Assembly (NCBI GenBank): GCA_963797555.1
Contig: CAWCPV010000007.1
Span: 555,546 to 619,545 of the forward strand
Direction of reading: 5' to 3'
DNA length: 64,000 nt
Origin: an uncultured Gammaproteobacteria bacterium
Lineage (GTDB): Bacteria > Pseudomonadota > Gammaproteobacteria > CAWCPV01
The position numbers and the translations under genes were made by a program. Positions within the stretch are counted from its first letter, which is position 1. Each line of letters starts with the position of its first letter. The notes under the pieces are model-generated. The model was not told the DNA's origin. It did no database searches and saw only the letters and a list, made by a program, of their open reading frames with translations. Below, in pieces: positions 10,346 to 20,743 of the stretch.

Positions 10346-11331
10346 GCGAGGGCGAGATTCTCGAGCAAATCCTTGATCCGGCCATGGCCGAAGTGGGTAG
10401 CCCTGGACGGCGGCTGAGGGAGGCGCGCGAGGCCTACCGCTGGACCCGGGAGGACGTGGCTTCTCAGCTACGCTTACCGGCCGCCGTCATCGGGGCGCTG
10501 GAGCGTGACGATTACAAGAGTCTGCCGCCGCCAGCCTACGTGCGCGGTTATCTGCGCAGCTATGCCCGTCTCCTGGACCTGCCGGAGGCGATGGTGAGCG
10601 AAGCTTACCAGAGCCTTCAGATCGTGGTTCCAGGTCGGGAGCCGGCGAGTCTGAGGACTGGCCGCCAAGCCACTAGCCGGGATCGGCGGGTGCGCTGGTT
10701 CACTTACCTGCTCACGGTCGTCCTCATCGCGCTACCGGTCATCTGGTGGCAGACGCAGGGCTCGTTCCGGTTCTGGGAGACCTCGCCGGCTGACGCCGGT
10801 CCGGCCCTGCCGAACCCGCTGGTACCGACGGAAGAGCCTCGGGCGGCGACAACTTCGCAGACTCCCCAACCCGATACGGCCTCCAGCACTGCAGTCCCCG
10901 AAGACACTGCCCCAACCGTGGACGAGAACGAGCTGGCGGCGGTGGAGACCGCGGAGCTTGCGACGGACCACGAAGTGAGTGGCGAGGCTGCCTCCGCGGC
11001 GCAGCCGGGGCCCGCTCACCCCGCACCCGCCAAGCCGCGAGCGGCCGCCGTGACGAGCTCGGCAACTGCGCCAACGGTGCAGCTCGACGTGTTGACGCTG
11101 CGTGCTCGATCCGGGTCCTGGGTGTCTGTCCGCGACGCCGACGGAAAGAGGCTTATGTACCGAGTGATCTCCCGCGGCGGCGTCAAGACTTTGAAGGGAA
11201 GAGCGCCATTCCAGGTGGTGCTGGGTAACCCGCATGACGTGTCGGTCGATTACAACGGCAAGCCGGTGGATTTACAGCGCTATGCCCGCGAGGGGGTGAC
11301 GCGCTTCGAGGTCGGGTCCGGCCACGAGTAG
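10342..11331 (+). CDS. rodZ: Cytoskeleton protein RodZ
   Basis: HTH with YVRGYLRSYARLL, single TM helix, DUF4115-type SWVSVRDADG..VLGN C-terminus. Confidence 0.92.
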   Translation: MSEGEILEQILDPAMAEVGSPGRRLREAREAYRWTREDVASQLRLPAAVIGALERDDYKSLPPPAYVRGYLRSYARLLDLPEAMVSEAYQSLQIVVPGREPASLRTGRQATSRDRRVRWFTYLLTVVLIALPVIWWQTQGSFRFWETSPADAGPALPNPLVPTEEPRAATTSQTPQPDTASSTAVPEDTAPTVDENELAAVETAELATDHEVSGEAASAAQPGPAHPAPAKPRAAAVTSSATAPTVQLDVLTLRARSGSWVSVRDADGKRLMYRVISRGGVKTLKGRAPFQVVLGNPHDVSVDYNGKPVDLQRYAREGVTRFEVGSGHE

Positions 11332-11529
11332 CTGCGCTCACTGGCGCTGGCAAGGCCGTCGAGTGTGACCACGGATTGGCGCCCGCGGTGAGGGCTTGTG
11401 AATGAAGCTTGCTGAGGACCTCTCTGGCGGCGTGGTGCGACGCTGGCTCTACCGGCGAGGTGGCTGCTCACAATACCTCGTGAGGCTCCCTCGCTCGCGG
11501 GGGGCAATACAGACGGGGTAGGCAAGGCG

Positions 11530-12192
11530 GTGCGTTGTTTTGACGCAGACTTCGACCAAGGGCGGGCTGAGGGCTCGCCTTTCCCGAGGAACCCCGATAT
11601 TACAGGCGTCGTTCTGGCGGGCGGACGTGCGCGCCGCATGGGCGGTGCGGACAAGGGGCTCATCGAGCTTAATAGCCGGCCGATGATCCAATACATTCTG
11701 GAGGCACTGCAGCCCCAGGTGGCTGCAGTGCTGGTGAATGCCAACCGTAATCGGGACGCCTACGCGCGGCTCTGCGGCTGCCGCGTGGTCCCCGACACGC
11801 ATGGGGACTATGCCGGACCGCTGGCGGGGATGGTGAGCGCCATGCAGGCGGCGGCGACCCGCTACGTGCTCACGGTCCCCTGCGACTGCCCTTTCGTGCC
11901 ACCGGATCTCGCCGACCGTCTGCTGACGGGACTCCTGACGGAGGGGGCGGAGCTTGGCGTGGCCCACGACGGGCAACGCCTCCAGCCGGTCTTCGCTCTG
12001 CTGCGGCGCGACCTCTCCCCCAGTCTGCTGGCGTATCTGGAGACCGGCCAGCGGAAGATCGACCTGTGGTATGCGCGCCATCGCATGGCCCGAGTGGACC
12101 TGTCCGACGTGCCGGACGCCTTCATCAACGTCAATACCCCGGAGGAGCGTTCGTCCCTGGAGCAGCGCCTGATGCAGGCCAACGCATGCTGA
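11530..12192 (+). CDS. mobA: Molybdenum cofactor guanylyltransferase
   Basis: LAGGRARRMGGADKG, GPLAG, VPCDCP, NVNTPE. Confidence 0.95.
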   Translation: MRCFDADFDQGRAEGSPFPRNPDITGVVLAGGRARRMGGADKGLIELNSRPMIQYILEALQPQVAAVLVNANRNRDAYARLCGCRVVPDTHGDYAGPLAGMVSAMQAAATRYVLTVPCDCPFVPPDLADRLLTGLLTEGAELGVAHDGQRLQPVFALLRRDLSPSLLAYLETGQRKIDLWYARHRMARVDLSDVPDAFINVNTPEERSSLEQRLMQANAC

Positions 12193-12734
12193 AGCACGCT
12201 GCGGTTCCGGTCATCGGCTTCGCGGCCTTCAGCGGCACCGGCAAGACCACCTTGCTGTGCCGTCTGCTGCCGCTGCTGAAGGCGCAGGGCCTGCGGATCG
12301 GGATGGTGAAGCACGCCCACCACAGCTTCGACATCGACCAGCCGGGCAAGGACAGCTACGATCTGCGCAAGGCAGGCGCCACCCGGATGCTGGTGGCATC
12401 ACGGCGGCGCTGGGCATTGATCGTGGAAACCGACTCCCCGCAGGAGGCGAGGCTCGACGACCTGCTCGCCGAGCTTGACCAGACAGGGCTCGACTTGGTT
12501 CTCGTCGAGGGCTTCAAGTACGAGGATTTCCCCAAGATCGAGCTGCACCGTACAGCCCTCGGGCACCGGTTGCTGTTTCCGGACGATCGATCGGTCATCG
12601 CCGTGGCGACCGACGGGCCCCTGGCGGTGGACACTGCCCTGCCAATCCTCGACATCACCCTCCCGGAGCAGCTCGCCGGCTTCATCGTGGAGCGTCTAGG
12701 CGTCAGAGCCCCGAAGAGCGAAGGCGCCGGATAG
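12186..12734 (+). CDS. mobB: Molybdopterin-guanine dinucleotide biosynthesis protein MobB
   Basis: SGTGKTT P-loop, KHAHHSFDIDQPGKDS, LVEGFK. Confidence 0.95.
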   Translation: MLKHAAVPVIGFAAFSGTGKTTLLCRLLPLLKAQGLRIGMVKHAHHSFDIDQPGKDSYDLRKAGATRMLVASRRRWALIVETDSPQEARLDDLLAELDQTGLDLVLVEGFKYEDFPKIELHRTALGHRLLFPDDRSVIAVATDGPLAVDTALPILDITLPEQLAGFIVERLGVRAPKSEGAG

Positions 12735-12938
12735 CCCGGCGGGCGCGGAGCCCAGCTGTGCCACGGATGGTTTGACACGGCACGACCGAGGCCGCGTGGG
12801 CAGATCTGCTCTATGGCAAGCGTTCCGGCTTTGCGGCGTGGAGCAGATCTATAATGGAGTATAAACATCGTTTCGTTGACCGGATGGCCCGTCCGGGCCT
12901 GACCGCTGCGAGTTTCATCCCACTGCAGCCGACCCAAA

Positions 12939-14869
12939 ATGGACGCAAAGCGCGAGGATCCCGCTGGGCTCGATACCACGCTCCTGCGGGCGATGGTCGA
13001 GAACGCGGTGGATGGTATCATCGCCATCGACCAGCGCGGTCTGATGAAGATGGTCAACCCGGGGGCTGAGCATCTGTTTCGCTACACCGCGCAGGAGATG
13101 CTCGGGTGCAACGTGTCCATGTTGATGCCCGAGCCTTATCATTCGGAGCACGACCAGTACCTGCGCAGGTACCTGGAGACCGGCCAGCGCCGGATCATCG
13201 GCATCGGCCGCGAGGTCGAGGGTAGACGCAAGGACGGAACGACCTTTCCAATGTACCTGTCTGTGGCCGAAGCGCGGCACGGCGACGAGATACTGTTCAC
13301 CGGCATCGTCCACGACCTCACGGAGATCAAGCGCGCCGAGCAGCAGATCCGGTGGCTGCAGCGCCAGCAGCAACTGATCCTCGACGCCGTCGGTGACGGC
13401 ATCTTGGGCGTGGATGCGGATGGGCGCATCATCTTCGCCAATCCGGCGGCCCAAGTCCTGCTGGGCTCCGAGCAAGGGGATCTCGTGGGACAGTCGCTGG
13501 AGTCGATTTGGCGATCCAGTGATGCGACGGAGCCTTTCCCGCGACATGCCATCGCCGCCGGCGAGCCCTATCGCGCCGACGAGGCATGGTTTGCCCGCCG
13601 CGGCGGAGGACCCATCCCCGTAGCGCTGGTCAGCACACCCATGCGCGACGGCGACAGACCGGTCGGTGCCGTGCTCAGCTTTCGGGACATCACCGAGCGC
13701 AAACAGGCATCCCAAGAGATGCAGCGCATCCGCTCGTACCTCAAGAACATCATCGACTCCATGCCCTCCATCCTCGTGGGCGTGGACGATCAGGGCAGCA
13801 TCACCGAATGGAATACGGAGGCGGAGCATGCGACCGGCGTCCTTGCGGATCGGGCCTTGGGGCGGGGGTTCGTGGAACTGCTGCCGCAGCTCGTCTCGCG
13901 CCTGGACAAGGTGCACGAGGCGCTGCGCCTGCGTCAGTTTGCACGCATCGAGCGCTTGGCGTCGGAAGACGGCGGCGAGGTCCGTTACTTCGACGTGATG
14001 GTCTATCTCCTCATCGGGGAAGGTGTGGCGGGGGCGGTCATCCGTGTCGACAACGTCACCAACCGGGTGCGTATCGAGCAGATGATGGTGCAAACGGAGA
14101 AGATGATGTCGGTGGGCGGCCTTGCCGCCGGAATGGCCCATGAGATCAACAATCCCCTGAGCGGCATTCTGCAGAGCTGCCAGAACATCCAGCGTCGGCT
14201 GTCGCTCGATCTGCCCGCCAATCGGGCCGCGGCCGAGGACTTGGGTCTGGACCTGGAGAAACCCAGGATTTCCCTGCGCTCCAGATAGCGTCGCAAGGAA
14301 TGCAGGCGGCGGCCATCCGAGCCACCGGAATCGTATCGGACATGCTGGCCTTCAGTCGCCGCAGCGCCGCGGACTTCGAGCCCGCGCGCATGCACGAACT
14401 ACTCGAAGCGGTGCTCCGACTCGCCGACAGCGACTACGACCTTAACAAGCGCTACGACTTCCGTCAGATCGAGGTCATCCGTGACTACGACGCGGAGCTC
14501 GGCGAGGTCTACTGCAACCGCATGGAGATGGAACAGGTATTCATGAACGTCATCAAGAACGCCGCCGAGGCCATGGCGGGCAACGGCGCGCGCCCCGCGC
14601 GCATCGCGCTGCGCACGCGGCGCGAGGGCGACTATGTGCGCGTGGAGATCGAGGACACCGGGCCGGGCATAGACCAGAAGGTTCGCAGCCGCCTGTTCGA
14701 GCCCTTCTTCACCACCAAGCCGGTGGGGGTGGGCACCGGCCTAGGTCTGTCGGTGTCTTATTTCATAGTGACAGAGCGGCACCACGGCAGCATTGCGGTA
14801 TCCGGCGCAGCGGGGGAGGGTGCTTGCTTCGTGATTCGACTACCGCTCCATGGTAGGGGCGGGTCATGA
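12939..14869 (+). CDS. Multi-PAS sensor histidine kinase with a FixL-like first PAS domain; frame disrupted near 14260-14300
   Basis: LMPEPYHSEHDQYL..IGIGREVEGRRKDGTTFP (FixL-type PAS), AHEINNPL H-box; the N, G1, F and G2 boxes lie in ORF 14300-14869. Confidence 0.88.
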
Positions 14870-15243
14870 GCCTCCGCGTGCTAGTGGTGGACGACGAGCC
14901 GCTGGTCGCGCAAACGCTGCAGGCGTTCCTGGAAGACGAAGGCATGCGCGTACACATCGAGCACTCGGCCGAGCAGGCTCTGGACACCGTCCGGGGCGGT
15001 GCGGCGTTCGACGTGTGCATCATGGACCTGCGCCTGCCCGGGATGGACGGTGACGCGGCCGCGCGCGCCCTCCACCAGCTTTGCCCCGGCCTGCGCTTCG
15101 TCATCCACACGGGGTCCGCGGATTACGCCGTGCCGGCTCAGCTGCAGGCCATCGGTGTCGGCGAAGCCCATCTCTTCAGGAAGCCCCTCGTGGACATGAC
15201 GGCTCTGGCCGATGCCCTGCGATCGATGGCCAGGGCCGGCTGA
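14866..15243 (+). CDS. Stand-alone receiver-domain response regulator
   Basis: VLVVDDE, MDLRLPGMDG, KP; ATGA overlap with the kinase. Confidence 0.9.
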   Translation: MSLRVLVVDDEPLVAQTLQAFLEDEGMRVHIEHSAEQALDTVRGGAAFDVCIMDLRLPGMDGDAAARALHQLCPGLRFVIHTGSADYAVPAQLQAIGVGEAHLFRKPLVDMTALADALRSMARAG

Positions 15244-15253
15244 GAAGGAACTG

Positions 15254-16440
15254 GTGAGCGACAACGTCACGGTAGTCACCATCGAGGACGAGCCCGCGGT
15301 ACGCCGCGGGCTCGCGGCCTATCTCGAGGACAGTGGTTACCAGGTTCTGGAGGCCGGCGATGGGGCCGCCGGGATCGCGCTGGTCCGTGCGTGCCGTCCC
15401 GATGCCGTGCTGTGCGACCTGCGTCTGCCCAAGATGGACGGGCTGGAGGTCCTATCGACGATCACCACGGAGTTCCCGGAGACACCCGTCATAGTGGTCT
15501 CCGGTGTCAGTGACCTGAGCTATGCGGTGCAGGCGCTCAAACGGGGCGCCTGGGACTACGTCACCAAGCCCATCCTGGACATGGGCGTGCTGGAAGGTGC
15601 CTTGGGGCGGGCACTGGAGCGTTCGCGGTTGCTGGGCGAGAACCGCCGCTACCGGCTGCACCTGGAGGCCCTGAACCGGGAGCTGACCCGGACGCTGCAT
15701 CAACTGCAAGCGGACGAGGAGGCCGCGCGCAGGATCCAGTTCCAACTTCTTCCGGCGGATCGCTGGAGCTTCGGGGACTATCTGTTTACCCGCCAGCTCT
15801 ACCCGTCCAAGCTGCTGAGCGGCGATCGTCGACTATTTCGCCATCGACGACCGCTACGCCGGGTTCTACATGGCCGACGTGTCCGGGCACGGCGCTGCCT
15901 CCGCTTTCGTGACGGTGATGATCAAGACGCTGGTCGGCCAGTATTCCGACGCTTGCCGCGAGGAAGGCGATGCGACGATACTCAGCCCCGAGCTCATGCT
16001 GCAGCGGCTGAATCGGGACGTGTGCCGGCAGAACCTCGATCAGTACCTGACCATCGTTCTATGGCGTCATCGATGCGGAGCGAGGCGACATGACCTGTAG
16101 CAACGGTGGGCACTTTCCCTACCCCATCCTCTGCGAAGGGCAAGCGGCCCGGATTCTGACCTGCCGCAGCCGCCCGCTCGGGCTGTTCGACAACCCTCAC
16201 TACGAAACCCAGCAGTTTCAGCTCCCTCCGGCATTCGCCCTCTGGCTCATCTCGGACGGTGCTCTGGAGCTCCTGCCACAAAGGACTATGCGCGAAAAGC
16301 GGGAAGCGCTCTGTAGCTGCCTGCGTCACTCGGGCAGCGGCGTCGAGCGGCTCGCGACTGGGCTGGGTCTGGGCGACAGCTCCAGGCTCGTGGACGATGT
16401 CACCTTTCTCGCCGTGAGCAGGCAGGTCGGCCATGGATGA
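15254..16440 (+). CDS. Receiver-PP2C (SpoIIE-type) phosphatase, like Pseudomonas RssB/PA2798; frameshifts near 15826 and 16055
   Basis: REC domain, coiled coil, SGD..DYF, MADVSGHGAASAF, SDG, DDVT pieces across ORFs 15212, 15870 and 16090. Confidence 0.85.
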
Positions 16441-16938
16441 GGGGAGGGTGCTGCACGCGAGCCATCAAGGCGTCCAGGTGCTGCGCTACATCGGGGACGT
16501 CCGCTACACCCTCGCGCCTTCCCTGGGACGTTTCTTGGAGGATCTGTTCGCGCGGGTCAGGCCCGCTGGCTTTGTCACAGACCTTCAGCAGGCGAGCGGT
16601 ATCGACAGCACCAATCTCGGACTCCTCGTCAGGATCGCCAAGCACATGCAGGAACTGGGTGGGCCCAGGGTGACGATCATCTCAGGCCACGAGGACACCG
16701 ACGAGATCCTCTTGGCGCTCGGTCTGGACGAAGTCTTCGATATCGTGAAGGGCCGGACCGCCGAGGGGAAGACGGGCAGGTGGGGCCGGTGGGGGATCCC
16801 AACCCGCAGGAGTTGGCCCGCACGGTGCTGGCGGCGCATCGTGCGCTGATGGCTCTGAACGAGCAGAACCGGGACCTGTTTCAGGACGTGGTGGCGGCCT
16901 TCGAGAGAGAAGGCATTGAAGACGCCGCACCGCAGTGA
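16433..16938 (+). CDS. STAS anti-sigma-factor antagonist (RssC/PA2797-like); frameshift near 16765
   Basis: GDVRYTL, IDSTNLGLL phospho-Ser motif; the shifted frame gives VLAAHRALMALNEQNRDLFQDVV. Confidence 0.85.
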
Positions 16939-16995
16939 TCCCCCTGTCCGTGGCTCGCGACGTGGGGGCCTGTTTGCGAGACCGCCGCAGACCAC

Positions 16996-17586
16996 ATGCA
17001 GGGTGGGAGACCAGATATGTTCGATCCAGGGACTTACGGCACGATTTTCGCCGCTCTGATCGATGCCGAAAGGCTCAACCCACTGGACGCGGGATCGCCC
17101 CAGGGTGCGGCACGGACGGCGTTGGGGACTCTGAGCGCGGAGCGTGCATTCGCGCCCCGCGCCATCGTAGACGCCGACATGGCCCAGCTCTGCTTGGCGG
17201 GGCTGTGGCTGCATCAGGACTTCCTCGACGAATGCCATCGCATCAGCCAGTCCATTGGCACTACCAGCGGCAGCCACTGGCACGCGCTGATGCATCGCCG
17301 GGAAGGGGACTTCTGGAACGCCAAGTACTGGTTCCGACAGGTGGGCCGACACTCGATCTACCGATCGCTGGCTGCGGAGGGTGCGCGTCTCGCCGCGAGT
17401 GGCGGTCCGGAGCAGGCTCCGCAGTTCCTGCTGCACCAGACGGGGTGGGATTCGGCGGCATTCGTCGACCTGTGCGAGGCGACCGTGCAGGGGCGCGCCC
17501 CACACGACATGCTCTGTCGACGCATCCAGCAGCGGGAGTGGCAGCTTCTCTTCGACCACTGTTACCGACATGCCGTGGGTGCATAG
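16996..17586 (+). CDS. Conserved hypothetical protein (HxxxQ..HALMHRREGDFxNAKYW family)
   Basis: Recognisable conserved motif; function unknown. Confidence 0.75.
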   Translation: MQGGRPDMFDPGTYGTIFAALIDAERLNPLDAGSPQGAARTALGTLSAERAFAPRAIVDADMAQLCLAGLWLHQDFLDECHRISQSIGTTSGSHWHALMHRREGDFWNAKYWFRQVGRHSIYRSLAAEGARLAASGGPEQAPQFLLHQTGWDSAAFVDLCEATVQGRAPHDMLCRRIQQREWQLLFDHCYRHAVGA

Positions 17587-17644
17587 CTCAGACGCGGCGG
17601 ACCGCCGACGCGCCTGTTCGCCGTGCCGTGGGTGTTTGCCCCGC

Positions 17645-18559
17645 ATGAGATTCCTCGGGAGGCCCGTTGCGGTGTTGTTCTTGCTGCTCGCTGCACCCGC
17701 GCTCGGCGCCGGGCCGGCCAGGGTCGTCGACCGCTATTTCCTGAGCGGTGATGGGAGCATCCGCCTGACCAACGACAAGAGCGCGGAATCGGCGCACATT
17801 CGCTATCGCCTGGCCGACGGCACCTACCCGGAAGCGGCGCGGCGCCGGATCGACCGCCTGTTCGGCGTACCGGCCGGCTCCGAGGACCATATCTCCTTGC
17901 GCCTCATCTCCCTTCTGGACTACATGGAGGATCGCTACCACGACCCCATCGACATCATCTCCGGCTACCGCAGCCCGGAATACAACGAGGGACTGCGCGC
18001 TCAGGGGCGGCTAGCCGCGCGGGCAAGCCTGCACATGGAGGGCATGGCGGCCAACGTCAAGCTGGGGAAGACTCTCGCGCCCAGAGCCTTCGAAGGGATC
18101 AAGGCCCTCGACTGCTGCGGCATCGGCTACTACCATGGCGACTCGGTGCATGTGGATACCGGGCCGGCGCGGTTCTGGGATGAAACCTCGTCCAAGGTCC
18201 GCACCGATATCTCGACCCACGACAAGCGGGTCATGGTGCGCACCGACCGGGACATCTACCTGGCGGGCGAGAGGGTCGAGCTGAAGCTTGCCCGCATCAC
18301 CGACTATCCCCTCGGGCTGGTCTCCAGGTTCTCAGTGGTTCGCGACGGGGCCACGCTGCAGTCCTACTCGCTGGATCGCAGTAGCTCGGACTGCCTGCCC
18401 GTGACGGATCCCGAGCAGAGGACGTGGGTCTGGACCATCCCCGGTGAGGTTGTGGCCGAACGGCGCGTCCAGATCCGCCTCCGCTTCTGCACGAAGCCAT
18501 TTCCCGAGATGCCGGATCAGATCGACTCGAATCCCATCCTCATCCTCAAGCCGGGTTGA
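17645..18559 (+). CDS. Secreted YcbK/DUF882 peptidase M15-like protein with a C-terminal beta-rich domain
   Basis: Signal peptide; ISGYRSPEYN, SLHMEGMAA, GYY..VHVDTG motifs. Confidence 0.82.
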   Translation: MRFLGRPVAVLFLLLAAPALGAGPARVVDRYFLSGDGSIRLTNDKSAESAHIRYRLADGTYPEAARRRIDRLFGVPAGSEDHISLRLISLLDYMEDRYHDPIDIISGYRSPEYNEGLRAQGRLAARASLHMEGMAANVKLGKTLAPRAFEGIKALDCCGIGYYHGDSVHVDTGPARFWDETSSKVRTDISTHDKRVMVRTDRDIYLAGERVELKLARITDYPLGLVSRFSVVRDGATLQSYSLDRSSSDCLPVTDPEQRTWVWTIPGEVVAERRVQIRLRFCTKPFPEMPDQIDSNPILILKPG

Positions 18560-18560
18560 C

Positions 18561-18645
18561 GGGAACCGCCCCCTCCGTCCCTGCGCGCAGCCGCAGCCCT
18601 GCGTTCGGACGGGCTGCCCTCCCTGCCCACCGCCGGGCGGTTCCC
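18561..18645. repeat. 11-bp perfect inverted repeat at the left edge of the island
   Basis: GGGAACCGCCC (18561-71) / GGGCGGTTCCC (18635-45), with an inner CCGTCC/GGACGG stem. Confidence 0.5.
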
Positions 18646-18737
18646 CTGTCTGCCTGGGTCAGCTCTCGCCCAGGCGCCGGTGCGGCCGCCGGCCTCCGCC
18701 GTGGGTACCTCGGGTGATGCAGCACTTATGAGGTCGC

Positions 18738-18962
18738 GTGCCGCTAGTACGGGGCATTACAAGACCAACATACCTGGCCTGGAAGGCGCGAGGCGAGAAG
18801 GCGCAGGAAGGCCCTTTTTTTGAGTTTCTTAACGCTGTCCGCGATGCAGAAGCCAAGGCCGAGGTCCGCATCGTGGGATTGTGGCGGGCTGCTGCGCTGC
18901 GGGACTGGCGTGTTGCCCGCGACTTCCTGGCCAGACGCTACCCCGAGCACTGGAGAAAATAG
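18738..18962 (+). pseudogene. Phage terminase small-subunit-like fragment
   Basis: GITRPTYLAW..EFLNAVRDAEAKAE..DWRVARDFLARRYPEHW pattern typical of this family; lacks a normal N-terminus. Confidence 0.5.
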
Positions 18963-18973
18963 AGGCAAAGAAA

Positions 18974-19280
18974 GGCTCTTTCGACAATTGTGTGGGTGGT
19001 GGTAGTCAAGTAGCATCTGTTCTGACCGGTCGCTTATCACAGCATCTTGTGGTTGGGGTGGTGGGCGAGAGGCCCTCGCGTGGGGCCGCTCCGCAGGACT
19101 CGTCCACAAATCCACAGGCCGTCATCCAAGGGGGGAGCACCGTGCGGCTCACGCATCTGTTTACCACGGCACTGGGCCTGACAGCGCCTTGGGAGGTCAC
19201 CGACGTGCGGTTCGACCCCGAGGCTGGGCGCATCGACCTCGATGTGGCGTTTGCCAAGGGCAGCCGCTTTGCCTGCCCGG
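18974..19280 (+). mobile_element. Truncated ISL3-family element (left end plus transposase N-terminus)
   Basis: Starts GGCTCT (ISL3-type terminus); LFTTALGLTAPWEVTDVRFD..RFACP N-terminus breaks off near 19280. Confidence 0.75.
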
Positions 19281-19319
19281 ATGGTGCCGTGTGGCCTCTG
19301 TTCTTCATCGGCCATGAAC

Positions 19320-19457
19320 TCACCCCAGTCTGCCATCTTTTCCATAACGAGTAGTGCTGACAATCGTGGAATTTCCGAAGACCGCGATGTAGAAGCTCGC
19401 CGCTTCTTGGTCGTCGAACCACAGGAAGGGAGTGATCTTTTGAATGCTCGCTTGCAT
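19320..19457 (-). pseudogene. Truncated PhnB/3-demethylubiquinone methyltransferase-like VOC protein
   Basis: Hand translation [39 protein letters not shown], then early stop. Confidence 0.75.
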
Positions 19458-19563
19458 CGCGCATCTCCTCGTAGCCTCTTCTAGCCTGCCCACACGTACG
19501 ACCGTCTCTCACGATGACCGTGATATCGGCCTAACATTCATGCGCGCGGCAGAGCTGATTCCC

Positions 19564-19977
19564 TCACTCCGACTTCGCCGCATGCCAATTCCGCGGGATG
19601 GGCTGGAGCATACTCACACGGTTGCCCTCGGTGTCGGTGAACGAGACATATTGCCCCACACTGGGTATTTCCATGGGCTCGCCGAGCACTTTACCTCCCG
19701 CATCCGTCACCTTCCTTGATGATTCTTTGATATCGTCCACCGCGATAACGATGGACGGATATTGCGCGGGCCAATCGGGCTGTTTCGGGAAAAAGCCGCC
19801 GTTAATCGCGCCGGGCGTTTTCGGACCGTTCTCGTCGGTCTCGGTGGTGGTTGCAAGGACATAATTACCCATCTCCTGGCCCAGCATCTGCGTCTGCCAG
19901 CCGAATGCTGACTCATAAAACGTTGCCATCCTTTTCCGATTGTCATATGGCATCTCAAAGTGAACGACGGGATGCAT
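19564..19977 (-). CDS. VOC/glyoxalase family protein
   Basis: MHPVVHFEMPYD, PGAINGG, FTDTEGNRVSML; RBS GGAGG upstream. Confidence 0.9.
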   Translation of the reverse strand: MHPVVHFEMPYDNRKRMATFYESAFGWQTQMLGQEMGNYVLATTTETDENGPKTPGAINGGFFPKQPDWPAQYPSIVIAVDDIKESSRKVTDAGGKVLGEPMEIPSVGQYVSFTDTEGNRVSMLQPIPRNWHAAKSE

Positions 19978-20057
19978 TGCCTTTTCCTCCGTATCGGTTA
20001 AGGGGGATTTCCCTGTTTTCGGGGTAGCCGTCTGACCCTCGAACGCGTGGTTGTGTG

Positions 20058-20140
20058 TCACCAGGGATCGTAGCTGCCAAAGTTCCATATGTGCCCCTCG
20101 AGGTCACGACAAGCGAAGCCATGGCCACCGTGGTCTTCGG
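20058..20140 (-). pseudogene. C-terminal fragment of a glyoxalase/bleomycin-resistance protein
   Basis: EDHGGHGFACRDLEGHIWNFGSYDPW* typical C-terminus; no N-terminus. Confidence 0.7.
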
Positions 20141-20155
20141 GGCCGCGAGCACGAG

Positions 20156-20743
20156 TTAGACGGACCGCTCGGCGCGTTCGCCGTTCCCGCGTGAGGCCGT
20201 CCGCGCGTGGGCGATTGCGCAAAAGCCGTCGGATTCGATCGCGAGCGGCAGGTTGATGAGGTTGTAATAGTTCTCCAGCGCGTTCAGCCAAGTGATCTCG
20301 GCGATCTCCCACTCGCTGAAGTGCTTGCGGAGCACTTCGAATGTGGCGTCGGCGACGCGCTTGTGGCGCGTGGCTTCCTCCACGTAGGCGAGCGCCGCGC
20401 GCTCCCGATCGGAGAAGAGCGGGCTCGTCCGGCACTCCGAGAGCGCGTTGAACTTCTCCATCCCGAGGTGCTCGCGGATCGCCATCGCCTGCGCGAGGTC
20501 CACGCAGAAACCACACCCGTTGACCTGCGAGGCGAGCGTTACGACCATGAGATGGAGCCCAGACTCGAGGCGTATCCCCTTCATCTGGAACTTCTGAATC
20601 TCGTAGGTAAGTCGCAGCGACGCCGGGATGCGCGCGGTCACGACCTTCATCGGAGTCATCACCTTTCCGAACTGGCGGCGCGTCATCCAGTAGGCGATGC
20701 GCATCATGAGTCCCTTGGGCTTCTCGATCGGCTCCAGTCTCAT
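20156..20743 (-). CDS. Carboxymuconolactone decarboxylase / AhpD-like protein
   Basis: ASQVNGCGFCVD CxxC; FSDRERAALAYVEEAT. Confidence 0.85.
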   Translation of the reverse strand: MRLEPIEKPKGLMMRIAYWMTRRQFGKVMTPMKVVTARIPASLRLTYEIQKFQMKGIRLESGLHLMVVTLASQVNGCGFCVDLAQAMAIREHLGMEKFNALSECRTSPLFSDRERAALAYVEEATRHKRVADATFEVLRKHFSEWEIAEITWLNALENYYNLINLPLAIESDGFCAIAHARTASRGNGERAERSV

